Positions 40,228 through 47,296 of a stretch of 55,469 nt of DNA are shown here, one piece after another (within the stretch, counting starts at the first letter, position 1; each line of letters opens with the position of its first letter). Source of the DNA: a virus (Duplodnaviria; Caudoviricetes); the IMG/VR virus record IMGVR_UViG_3300032271_000676, positions 1 through 55,469 of that record, one strand, 5' to 3'. The position numbers and the translations under genes are program-made. The notes under the pieces are model-generated. The model made no database searches. It was not told the origin of the DNA and worked only from the letters and a program-made list of their open reading frames with translations.

Positions 40228-40477
40228 ATTCCACCCCAAGGCCCCCCTACCCCCACAGCAGTGAGAGGGACTTGGGTTCCACCCGTCTATTGACGAACTC
40301 ACCAGTTATGTTGCCATAACCCCGCGCCGTGAGTACAAGGCCAGCGCCCGGACTTTAGGAATTGCACCTTAGCTTTCGCATACCGGTAGACTTTTCTTCC
40401 ACGCAGCCATCTCTAGCCCTTACTATCGAGTGGAGTCCGGTCTAACCAACAAGCCTTGCCCCAAGGGCGAGGCTCCC
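40228..40477 (-). ncRNA. Candidate highly structured RNA domain
   Basis: No credible ORF; many helices; GCAA and GAAA tetraloops; T-loop-like AGG-UGCAAUU-CCU; long-range CCGGACU/AGUCCGG pairing. Confidence 0.6.
40452..40474. repeat. Dispersed hairpin palindrome, copy 3 (non-coding)
   Basis: AGCCTTGCCC-CAA-GGGCGAGGCT. Confidence 0.85.
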
Positions 40478-40479
40478 AC

Positions 40480-40657
40480 AAAAAAAACCCCGTAAGCTTT
40501 AGGTGGGGCGGTTCCTTGGCGGGGAACAGACCGGGGCGCATTGAGTAGAAGATTTTTCTGCCTTTTGAGCAGGGAAACGCTTCCAGCCTACACACCCCAC
40601 CTAAAATTTACGGGGTTATTTACTTCTACTCAGCACACTGACCGGCCAAGGTCAGAC
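40480..40657 (-). ncRNA. C4/CI-like antisense RNA or attenuator element
   Basis: 25-bp stem (40486-40510 with 40593-40617) followed by a U tract; internal CCGCCAA loop and CUUCUACUCA are complementary to leader elements UUGGC and UGAGUAGAAG. Confidence 0.6.
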
Positions 40658-40663
40658 ACATTT

Positions 40664-40715
40664 ATTTTCACACTTACACAAAATGTTTGCAAGATGGCAA
40701 AATGTCCTGTATCGT
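40664..40715. promoter_or_regulatory. Back-to-back sigma70-type promoters sharing a palindromic TTGCAA -35
   Basis: Rightward TTGCAA(40687)-17-TATCGT(40710); leftward TTGCAA-17-GAAAAT with an extended TGn. Confidence 0.6.
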
Positions 40716-40757
40716 TCTTCCCATGCAGTACCAATCAATAGCGAAAAGGAGCGAATC

Positions 40758-41348
40758 ATGGACCACATTTACAGCGAATTAGCATACGAAGCCGGCACCA
40801 AGCGCCACATCTTAGAAAACGCCAGAAAGACATTTGAGCGTACATTTGAAGACGCCCCCGCAATTATCTCTTTTCTGGATTCCGGTCGTATCTACGATGA
40901 CCGTGGCAACATCTGCTACAAAGAATCTTTTATGGGCAAGATGGCCAAGGCTTTTGATACGTATGGCAAATTGACAGTCAAGCAGGTAGAAGCCGTTCGC
41001 CGCATCTTAGAAAAGACGATGGCACGTAAAGCCGAGTGGACCGACAAACAAGCCAACCTCGATGCAAACCGTAAACACATTGGCGTAGTGGGTAAGCGCA
41101 TGACCTTAACCGTTACCGTTAAAAAAATCATTGAGATCGACTGCATCCCCTTCAGCCGCTGGGATCCCGCCTACACCCTGATCAACATCCTCGAAGACGC
41201 CGACCAGAACGTCCTGATCTACAAGGGTCGTAGCCTGCAAGGATTGATCGGCGAGGGAGAGACAATAGAATTGACCTTCACCCCCAAGGATCATGGCGTT
41301 CGCAACGGCGTCAAGCAAACCATCATCAGCCGCCCAAAAATCAAGTAA
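40758..41348 (+). CDS. Early protein with a C-terminal OB-fold-like domain
   Basis: Start after the AAGGAG leader; HIGVVGKRMTL...KDHGVRNGVKQTIISRPK. Confidence 0.65.
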   Translation: MDHIYSELAYEAGTKRHILENARKTFERTFEDAPAIISFLDSGRIYDDRGNICYKESFMGKMAKAFDTYGKLTVKQVEAVRRILEKTMARKAEWTDKQANLDANRKHIGVVGKRMTLTVTVKKIIEIDCIPFSRWDPAYTLINILEDADQNVLIYKGRSLQGLIGEGETIELTFTPKDHGVRNGVKQTIISRPKIK

Positions 41349-41356
41349 CACAAAAA

Positions 41357-41384
41357 TGGGGGCATAAAAACCCCCTTCTTTTTT
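41357..41384 (+). terminator. Rho-independent terminator
   Basis: GGGGG-N8-CCCCC followed by TTCTTTTTT. Confidence 0.65.
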
Positions 41385-41394
41385 GCTAAAACAC

Positions 41395-41423
41395 TTGCAA
41401 GATGACAAAACGTCCTGTATCGT
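41395..41423 (+). promoter_or_regulatory. Sigma70-type promoter with operator in the spacer
   Basis: TTGCAA-17-TATCGT, near-duplicate of 40687-40715. Confidence 0.7.
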
Positions 41424-41473
41424 TCTCTACATGCACTAACGTTAAGTGCCTAACAGCGAAAAGGATAGCGAAA

Positions 41474-41845
41474 ATGAAGAACTCCATGACAATCAATGTT
41501 GAAACCTTTGTCCCTTACGCCATTGTCGATGGCAAATACACCGAAGGCTACCGTGCTGGCTGCGAAGCGCGTGATGGTTCGCCTATTGGCACTGTTGAAG
41601 TTACTCTGATGGGTAAAACTAAACGTGTTGTTGCCCTCAAATCTAATACCGATATGTATGCATATGGCATAGCCGGTCGCTATCAAACTGGCACTAAGGT
41701 TTGGTCAGGCACACTGATTTTAAACTTTAAAACCAACGGCTATCATTTCTATGGCGGTATGGATCACCGTGTCCGCTTTTCCACATTTCACCCAACTGGT
41801 TATTTTTATGATGATGTAGCGGATCATTATAAATCTAAAAAGTAA
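41474..41845 (+). CDS. Early hypothetical protein
   Basis: Start after the AGCGAAAAGGATAGCGA leader. Confidence 0.7.
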   Translation: MKNSMTINVETFVPYAIVDGKYTEGYRAGCEARDGSPIGTVEVTLMGKTKRVVALKSNTDMYAYGIAGRYQTGTKVWSGTLILNFKTNGYHFYGGMDHRVRFSTFHPTGYFYDDVADHYKSKK

Positions 41846-41890
41846 TTAAACCGGGGGCTACGGCCCCCAATAGCGAAAAGGAGCGACAAA

Positions 41891-42118
41891 ATGTTTAAAT
41901 CAGCCCAAGAAGTGTACGACGAGCACATGCAAGATAATGCCTTAGCCGAGTTGTTCGTGGCTACACGAAGCAAAAACATGATCACTGATTTTGATCAAAA
42001 GTCTGATGATTTTCAGACATATATCAAGCTGTTAGTTAGCACCGGCACACTAGCCTATCTTTGCCAATTCCCCGGCGTTAGAGAGTACCTTAAAGAACAA
42101 ACAAAGGAGATACTGTAA
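41891..42118 (+). CDS. Early hypothetical protein
   Basis: 75 aa after the TAGCGAAAAGGAGCGA leader; C-terminal PGVREYLK. Confidence 0.75.
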   Translation: MFKSAQEVYDEHMQDNALAELFVATRSKNMITDFDQKSDDFQTYIKLLVSTGTLAYLCQFPGVREYLKEQTKEIL

Positions 42119-42330
42119 TGTCTATTCAATTAGATTTGATTGAAAACTTTATTGCTTTGTACGAAAAGAAATTAAATAACGGTAATGCTTTGCCAAACAA
42201 CACTTATGACGAGCGCGCGCGTAAAAATGCCGCAAATCTAGGTATGCTGAAAGGCGCCTTGTTCTGTATGGCATATGACGTACCCGGTGTTGCCGAGTAT
42301 TTGAAAAAATATTGTGAGGAGGCCGTATGA
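42118..42330 (+). CDS. Early hypothetical protein, distant paralogue of the previous gene
   Basis: 70 aa, C-terminal PGVAEYLK. Confidence 0.7.
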   Translation: MSIQLDLIENFIALYEKKLNNGNALPNNTYDERARKNAANLGMLKGALFCMAYDVPGVAEYLKKYCEEAV

Positions 42331-42518
42331 AACGCATAACCCCGGCAAGTGTTGCCAGTGGATACATGAGTGACATGCTTACTGCCTGCCCTAAATGCGG
42401 TTGTGAGGATTATGTGGTTTACCGGCCCATGCCGGGTCATGGTGATCCCTCTGATACAACTTGCATTTGCCCATATTGCGAAACTGAATTTAAAGGAGTT
42501 ACACCAGATGAATCTTAA
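42327..42518 (+). CDS. Small zinc-ribbon protein
   Basis: CPKC...CPYC; GGAGG RBS. Confidence 0.65.
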   Translation: MKRITPASVASGYMSDMLTACPKCGCEDYVVYRPMPGHGDPSDTTCICPYCETEFKGVTPDES

Positions 42519-42672
42519 AAAAATAACAGGTAAGAAGCTTGCGCAAGGTTACATAGGTTACCGCGCTCTTGATGCAGTTATGAACCCGGTAGTAGAGGTA
42601 ATCCGTTTGGCTGTTTGGTTAGTTATTATCATCTGCACTGCGCTCGCATTGAGCGTATTGGAGCGTTTATGA
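42508..42672 (+). CDS. Small membrane protein
   Basis: AAGGAG RBS; C-terminal LAVWLVIIICTALAL. Confidence 0.55.
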   Translation: MNLKKITGKKLAQGYIGYRALDAVMNPVVEVIRLAVWLVIIICTALALSVLERL

Positions 42673-42899
42673 GTCCCCATGAAAACTTGCGCGGTTACCG
42701 CTTAGACCATCATCTTACCCAATCACAGGCTGCTGCCATCTGTCACGTTTGCCTGCGTCAATGGATACGTTACGAGAGCGGTAAACAACCAATTCCACAC
42801 TACATTTGGAAATTGTTTGTTTCGTCGTTCTACCTGACGGAAAAAGCTCACAAATACATTGATGAAATTATTTTAGATTTATCGAAAAAAAGTGCTTGA
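42669..42899 (+). CDS. XRE/Cro-family helix-turn-helix regulator
   Basis: LRGYRLDHHLTQSQAAAICHVCLRQWIRYESGKQPIP. Confidence 0.8.
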   Translation: MSPHENLRGYRLDHHLTQSQAAAICHVCLRQWIRYESGKQPIPHYIWKLFVSSFYLTEKAHKYIDEIILDLSKKSA

Positions 42900-42924
42900 C
42901 ACGACATTTGGTCATCTATAAAGT
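42896..42924 (+). promoter_or_regulatory. Sigma70-type promoter with inverted operator in the spacer
   Basis: TTGACA-17-TAAAGT; the spacer holds the reverse complement of GATGACCAAATGTC. Confidence 0.7.
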
Positions 42925-42976
42925 ACTACTTAACGTCAGTTGACGTTCATTCAAACCTAGCGAAAAGGAAGCGAAA

Positions 42977-43309
42977 ATGACTACAGCAACTCTCTCCACC
43001 GCAGTATCCCTAGAACACAAAGTTGACTACTTAGGCGCATTGCTTGAGCAGATCAAAACCTTGACGGAGCAAGCTGATTTCATCAAAGACCAGCTCAAAG
43101 ACGCTGCCACATTAGAGGGCAACGAGATGCGCGTTACCGGCATGGTGTACAACTCACTCGTGTACGCAGCCACCAAAAAGACCACTGACAAGAAAGCCTT
43201 TGAGGCAGGTCTACGCGCTGCAGGCATTGATCCTACCGTCGTTGCAGCGTGCGAGGCTTCCGCCAAGAAAGAGTCCACCTACTTCGCTGTTAAAACCGAC
43301 CGTAACTAA
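42977..43309 (+). CDS. Early hypothetical protein (coiled-coil N-terminus)
   Basis: 110 aa after the TAGCGAAAAGGAAGCGA leader. Confidence 0.75.
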   Translation: MTTATLSTAVSLEHKVDYLGALLEQIKTLTEQADFIKDQLKDAATLEGNEMRVTGMVYNSLVYAATKKTTDKKAFEAGLRAAGIDPTVVAACEASAKKESTYFAVKTDRN

Positions 43310-43348
43310 TTACAGGGGGGCGCAAGCCCCTCTTCACTGGAGATAATC

Positions 43349-43564
43349 ATGGAATTAGGCGTAGATTTTGATTTAGATACTGGAATGTATACATGTGTGC
43401 TTTTAGATGACGATGGATGCCAACTTGGTTTTATAGCATCTAGTGAAAATTTGGCTAAAGCCGCATTTGCTTTAGGACGTGCCTTTGGCGCGCACCCAGA
43501 GCTGTTTGCGCGGGAACTAAGAGATTATTTTGACGGCATGAAGGAGAAACCTATCGCCGCATAA
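43349..43564 (+). CDS. Small acidic hypothetical protein
   Basis: 71 aa, GGAG RBS; paralogue of 43777..43980. Confidence 0.7.
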   Translation: MELGVDFDLDTGMYTCVLLDDDGCQLGFIASSENLAKAAFALGRAFGAHPELFARELRDYFDGMKEKPIAA

Positions 43565-43566
43565 AG

Positions 43567-43760
43567 AACGTGTGGGGTGTCACCCCACTAGTGCTGACTC
43601 GCATGATATGAATCCCGGTGACAGGGAAGAGTGGTGGCAGACAACCTTAATTGCCCGTTGGCTACACGTTAGCAAACCTTCTTAGAGAGATGCAAGTCTC
43701 GTTGGTATTTGGAGGTAAGAGCACCCGTTACGAGGATCTTGCAGTCCTCGTGGCACCTAA
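43567..43760 (+). ncRNA. Candidate structured intergenic RNA
   Basis: Several hairpins; complementary loops TGTCACC and GGTGACA; GAGA-TGCAAG-TCTC; ACGAGGA...TCCTCGT. Confidence 0.45.
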
Positions 43761-43776
43761 CTTAAAGGAGACAATC

Positions 43777-43980
43777 ATGGATTTAAAAGTTACTTACGAC
43801 CCTGAACTAACCCTCTTCTACGCGGCTTTTGTTGATGGTGATGGTTTGATGTTAGGACCGCAAGGGATCGCGGCTACGTTAGCAGGTGCTTGTCTACGTC
43901 TTGGCTACAAATATGGCAAACACCCTGAATGGTTTTCGCAGCCATTTACAGATGATTTTAATGACAAAGGAGTTCATTAA
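43777..43980 (+). CDS. Small acidic hypothetical protein
   Basis: AAGGAG RBS before ATG 43777; paralogue of 43349..43564. Confidence 0.7.
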   Translation: MDLKVTYDPELTLFYAAFVDGDGLMLGPQGIAATLAGACLRLGYKYGKHPEWFSQPFTDDFNDKGVH

Positions 43981-44000
43981 GTGGATAACGGCGATATAGC

Positions 44001-44243
44001 GTGGATCATCTATACAGGGATTTTAACCATCTGTTGGCTAGTCATGGAGCAAATGTGAGAGATAACATCGGCTGGCTCATTATAGGAATTCTTAGCGGCC
44101 TTCTATGGTGGTCAGCCGGTTATAACTGGTATCAATCTGCACGATACGATCAAATGTTAAAAGAGATTGAATCACTAACGTTTGAGCACGATGTTTGCAT
44201 AGAACGAATTCAACAATTAACTGCAAGGGAACGCAAAAAATGA
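44001..44243 (+). CDS. Small membrane protein (start uncertain)
   Basis: IGWLIIGILSGLLWW TM plus coiled coil. Confidence 0.5.
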   Translation: MDHLYRDFNHLLASHGANVRDNIGWLIIGILSGLLWWSAGYNWYQSARYDQMLKEIESLTFEHDVCIERIQQLTARERKK

Positions 44244-44710
44244 ATTTATTACATACACAGCAAGAAAAAATTTTAAAAATGGCGCTTAAAATTCTTGACG
44301 CTAATAATGTTAAATACGCCATATTGTTTGACGATGGCACAAAAGTTGGGAATCTTGAGATAGCAAAACCAAAGATACGCACTGTCAAAGATCCGTATGG
44401 CCGTGGTACTGTGCGTGCATATCTTTTGCCTCTTATTCAGCCGCTTGAGGACGGTGAAACAATAAAGGTTTCATCACCTAATTATTCATTACCTTGGCTA
44501 TCAAGCCATGCCAGCAAAATATGCTGCGATTTGTTTGGAAAAGGAAACTACCAAGTTAAAACAAAAAAAGATCATGTCTTAATTTTGCGTGCAGACAATC
44601 TTAAACTAATATCAAAAATTGATTTTGATGCGGCAATGATGCCGGGATTTGATGTTAGAAAAGCGCTTGCAAATCTAACTCTAAATTTAGATGACCCCAC
44701 AACCTTTTAA
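44240..44710 (+). CDS. Hypothetical protein
   Basis: ATGA coupling to the upstream ORF; 156 aa. Confidence 0.65.
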   Translation: MNLLHTQQEKILKMALKILDANNVKYAILFDDGTKVGNLEIAKPKIRTVKDPYGRGTVRAYLLPLIQPLEDGETIKVSSPNYSLPWLSSHASKICCDLFGKGNYQVKTKKDHVLILRADNLKLISKIDFDAAMMPGFDVRKALANLTLNLDDPTTF

Positions 44711-44721
44711 GGAATTTAACA

Positions 44722-44937
44722 ATGATTATGATCGACCATCCGACCTGTGGGTTGTGTAATAAGGTGATCGCGGATTTTGAAATTAATACCGATGAATCCA
44801 ATGGAGATCGCGTGTACACGATGCGTTGCCACGGTGAGGAGCTCAAAGTAACTTACACCATCATGGATACAGTTCGATTAGAAATTTCCGAGCTCGGACG
44901 CCCTTTCAGCCCTAGTGCTACCGGAGAACTGATATGA
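44722..44937 (+). CDS. Small Cys/His protein
   Basis: PTCGLCNK...RCHGEE; AAGGA RBS. Confidence 0.65.
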   Translation: MIMIDHPTCGLCNKVIADFEINTDESNGDRVYTMRCHGEELKVTYTIMDTVRLEISELGRPFSPSATGELI

Positions 44938-45302
44938 CACCAGAATACGAGCGTGGCTTTGTTGATGGTATGCAAAAGCAAATGCAATCAAGCGTAGATA
45001 AAGCAGTCAACGCAATGGCCCAGCGCAAATGGGTTGGGTTGACTGATGAGCCTGTCGGCAGATTTGCCAAATTTACTGATGGTATCTGGCGAGAAGTCAC
45101 CGCTGGTTCTGCGGGAGTGCCTTTGTACGAGATGAGCAAAGAAGACGCTGATTATGAATACAAAATATATGACATTGCAAAATTTCACATACCCGAAGGC
45201 TCATATTCCATAGAAGAGGTTGAAAAAATGCTCATTCACATGAAACAAACAAAACAAAAAACAGAAGCATATCTTGCAAAAACACTAGAGCCAATTAAAT
45301 AG
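44934..45302 (+). CDS. Mosaic hypothetical protein
   Basis: YERGFVDG and RKWVGLTDE short motifs common in phage accessory ORFs. Confidence 0.65.
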   Translation: MTPEYERGFVDGMQKQMQSSVDKAVNAMAQRKWVGLTDEPVGRFAKFTDGIWREVTAGSAGVPLYEMSKEDADYEYKIYDIAKFHIPEGSYSIEEVEKMLIHMKQTKQKTEAYLAKTLEPIK

Positions 45303-45310
45303 AAGAACAC

Positions 45311-45589
45311 CTAGCCTTTTCGCTGCATAATTAGATCCATGACCCTCTCTACCGTAACATTGAGGGCGTGGATCTCTTCCATTTTCTTCAAAGCCCACAT
45401 CCGCTTTTCTCCATGCCATCCTAATTTCGGGTTCTGATGGCAATCCTTACACAACGCCACGACACAATACTGCAGATCCTGCTCAATGTGATGGGCATCC
45501 GATGGTCCCCGTGCATCACAGACTGAGCAGGGTAATTCTTTAACTAATCCAATATATGCCTTTTGTTTTGCAGTCAGCTTGTTATTCAT
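45311..45589 (-). CDS. HNH-like Zn-finger nuclease (Ref/DUF968-like)
   Basis: LPCSVC...DAHHI...VALCKDCH. Confidence 0.7.
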   Translation of the reverse strand: MNNKLTAKQKAYIGLVKELPCSVCDARGPSDAHHIEQDLQYCVVALCKDCHQNPKLGWHGEKRMWALKKMEEIHALNVTVERVMDLIMQRKG

Positions 45590-45927
45590 AAAGTTGCTTT
45601 TTCTACTTGCCTATCATTTGCACATTGCGTGCGATATACATCGATGCGTGCCTGTGCAGCCGTGAGCTTCCACTTAATTGTTTCCTCGACCTGCACAGCG
45701 TCCCTAAGACCCTCTAACAGCTCTTGGTACTCTGGGTGAGCATAAGCCTCACGCTCTTGCGTTACAGCGCTAGAAAACCCGTCAGCGGCCGCTTGCTGCA
45801 TCAATATCGCTTTCTTGCTCTTACGAAATTCTTCAAGAAAGACTCTCGCTGCTTTAGCGGCTGCAAACTCTCGTGAATGTTTGATCATGTACTCTATTGC
45901 CCGTTCAGGGCTTATTTTCTCGTCCAT
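45586..45927 (-). CDS. Helical hypothetical protein (possibly UvsY-like recombination mediator)
   Basis: 113 aa, EREAYAHPEY motif; function inferred only. Confidence 0.5.
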   Translation of the reverse strand: MDEKISPERAIEYMIKHSREFAAAKAARVFLEEFRKSKKAILMQQAAADGFSSAVTQEREAYAHPEYQELLEGLRDAVQVEETIKWKLTAAQARIDVYRTQCANDRQVEKATL

Positions 45928-46279
45928 CGCCTATTTCCTCTATGGTTACTGTCATTGTTTCGCCGGGTCCCCGCCATCTGATGCGCAGGTCTGCTATTTG
46001 TGAATCGTCATCCCATACTTTTGCATGCGTAATTGCGTCTAAAACAACTTTTAGTAAATTATCTAAATCCCTAATTCTTTTATCTGGTTTAGAAACTTGT
46101 AAGTCCACTCTTAACAGCCCATTTGCTTTGCTGATCTTTTTGGTCATTAGTAATGTTGTCAGCATCCATTTGACTTGAGATCGGTAGTACAACCCGTTCT
46201 TGCTGATATATACCCGGCCCGTCGCATACCTCCAATACGTGTTGATTGTCGGCGGGTAAGGTAACTCGAACTGGATCAT
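45905..46279 (-). CDS. rusA: Holliday junction resolvase RusA
   Basis: LPYPPTINTYWR, PDKRIRDLDNLLK..LDAI and DDSQI. Confidence 0.92.
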   Translation of the reverse strand: MIQFELPYPPTINTYWRYATGRVYISKNGLYYRSQVKWMLTTLLMTKKISKANGLLRVDLQVSKPDKRIRDLDNLLKVVLDAITHAKVWDDDSQIADLRIRWRGPGETMTVTIEEIGDGRENKP

Positions 46280-47296
46280 TTAAAAGTTGGCGCTCCAATG
46301 GGCTAATCCAGTGCGTCCTTTGCTCATAGTGTTGGCAGATTCTGATGCTAGGGAGTTTGGCAAATCGCTCTCGCTTCCAACAATGTTCCCACCATCCTTT
46401 TTTACCTGTCCAATGGACGCAATTGTTGCAGTTCGGTTTAACATCGGGGATATCCAGTTTTCCCGGCCCAAAGCGCGAACGCTTTGTATAAATTTCATAA
46501 GACATACAATTCCTGCCTTTTGATGAACATCATTAGCATCCCAGCCAATTTCCTCTGACATAGTCCAAGGCAAACCGGTGGCTCTTGCAGCATCCTCGCC
46601 AACGAACGACATATCATTATCCGCAAATACAAATCCAGACTTATCTTTTGCGACATAAACCAAATTTGCAGCTGAGAATGTAACCACCACGCTGTGATCA
46701 ATACGTAAGGTTTTAAGCGCTTCTGACAACGATAGGCCGGTTGCCCAACCCTCACAAAACCATTGCTCAGAACCACGACCAATTCGCGTTACAGCGCCCT
46801 TAGCACGCATGCCGGGTAAAAACTTTTTGTCGTAGGACCGCGTATCAGGATTCCACCAAATCTTTTGTAAACCTACCAATTTATTTGTTAAATGATTGCG
46901 CATGGGAATCATCGTAACCTCGTCGTTTACATGCGCTTTTATGTGTCCTAAACCCTTAAATTTAAGGTAGGGGCTTTCTCCCAATTCGCATATGCTCAAC
47001 ATTGCTGCAGCATTCTTTTCGGCCAGCGCGTACCCTTTCATGCGCTCCATACGCGCTGCCGTGCGCTTCGCTTCCCAATCAAGCTTTTCACGCTCAGTCC
47101 AAGGTGTATCAGACTCAAACCATTCGAGCTGATTACCATCATCCCAGCTCATGCACCAACCCTTACGCCCGTCCCAATAATATGCACCATTAGTTGACCT
47201 AGGCTTTTTTTCTGTAGGGCAGCGCTGGATCTTGTCAGACGCATGCAGATTGCGTATTAACAAACCTTTAACTCGTGCAAAATCCTCAAATGTCAT
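46280..47296 (-). CDS. Toprim-domain DNA primase
   Basis: YLKFKGL, LVGLQKI, FCEGWATG, FADND and DAND motifs. Confidence 0.85.
   Translation of the reverse strand: MTFEDFARVKGLLIRNLHASDKIQRCPTEKKPRSTNGAYYWDGRKGWCMSWDDGNQLEWFESDTPWTEREKLDWEAKRTAARMERMKGYALAEKNAAAMLSICELGESPYLKFKGLGHIKAHVNDEVTMIPMRNHLTNKLVGLQKIWWNPDTRSYDKKFLPGMRAKGAVTRIGRGSEQWFCEGWATGLSLSEALKTLRIDHSVVVTFSAANLVYVAKDKSGFVFADNDMSFVGEDAARATGLPWTMSEEIGWDANDVHQKAGIVCLMKFIQSVRALGRENWISPMLNRTATIASIGQVKKDGGNIVGSESDLPNSLASESANTMSKGRTGLAHWSANF

Noticed and set aside
40413-40741. ORFs 40413..40595 and 40541..40741
   Set aside because: Short, no RBS, and they overlap strong RNA structure and promoters; better explained as non-coding
43565-43776. 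tRNA or hammerhead ribozyme
   Set aside because: No cloverleaf with a canonical T arm and acceptor stem; no CUGANGA/GAAA core
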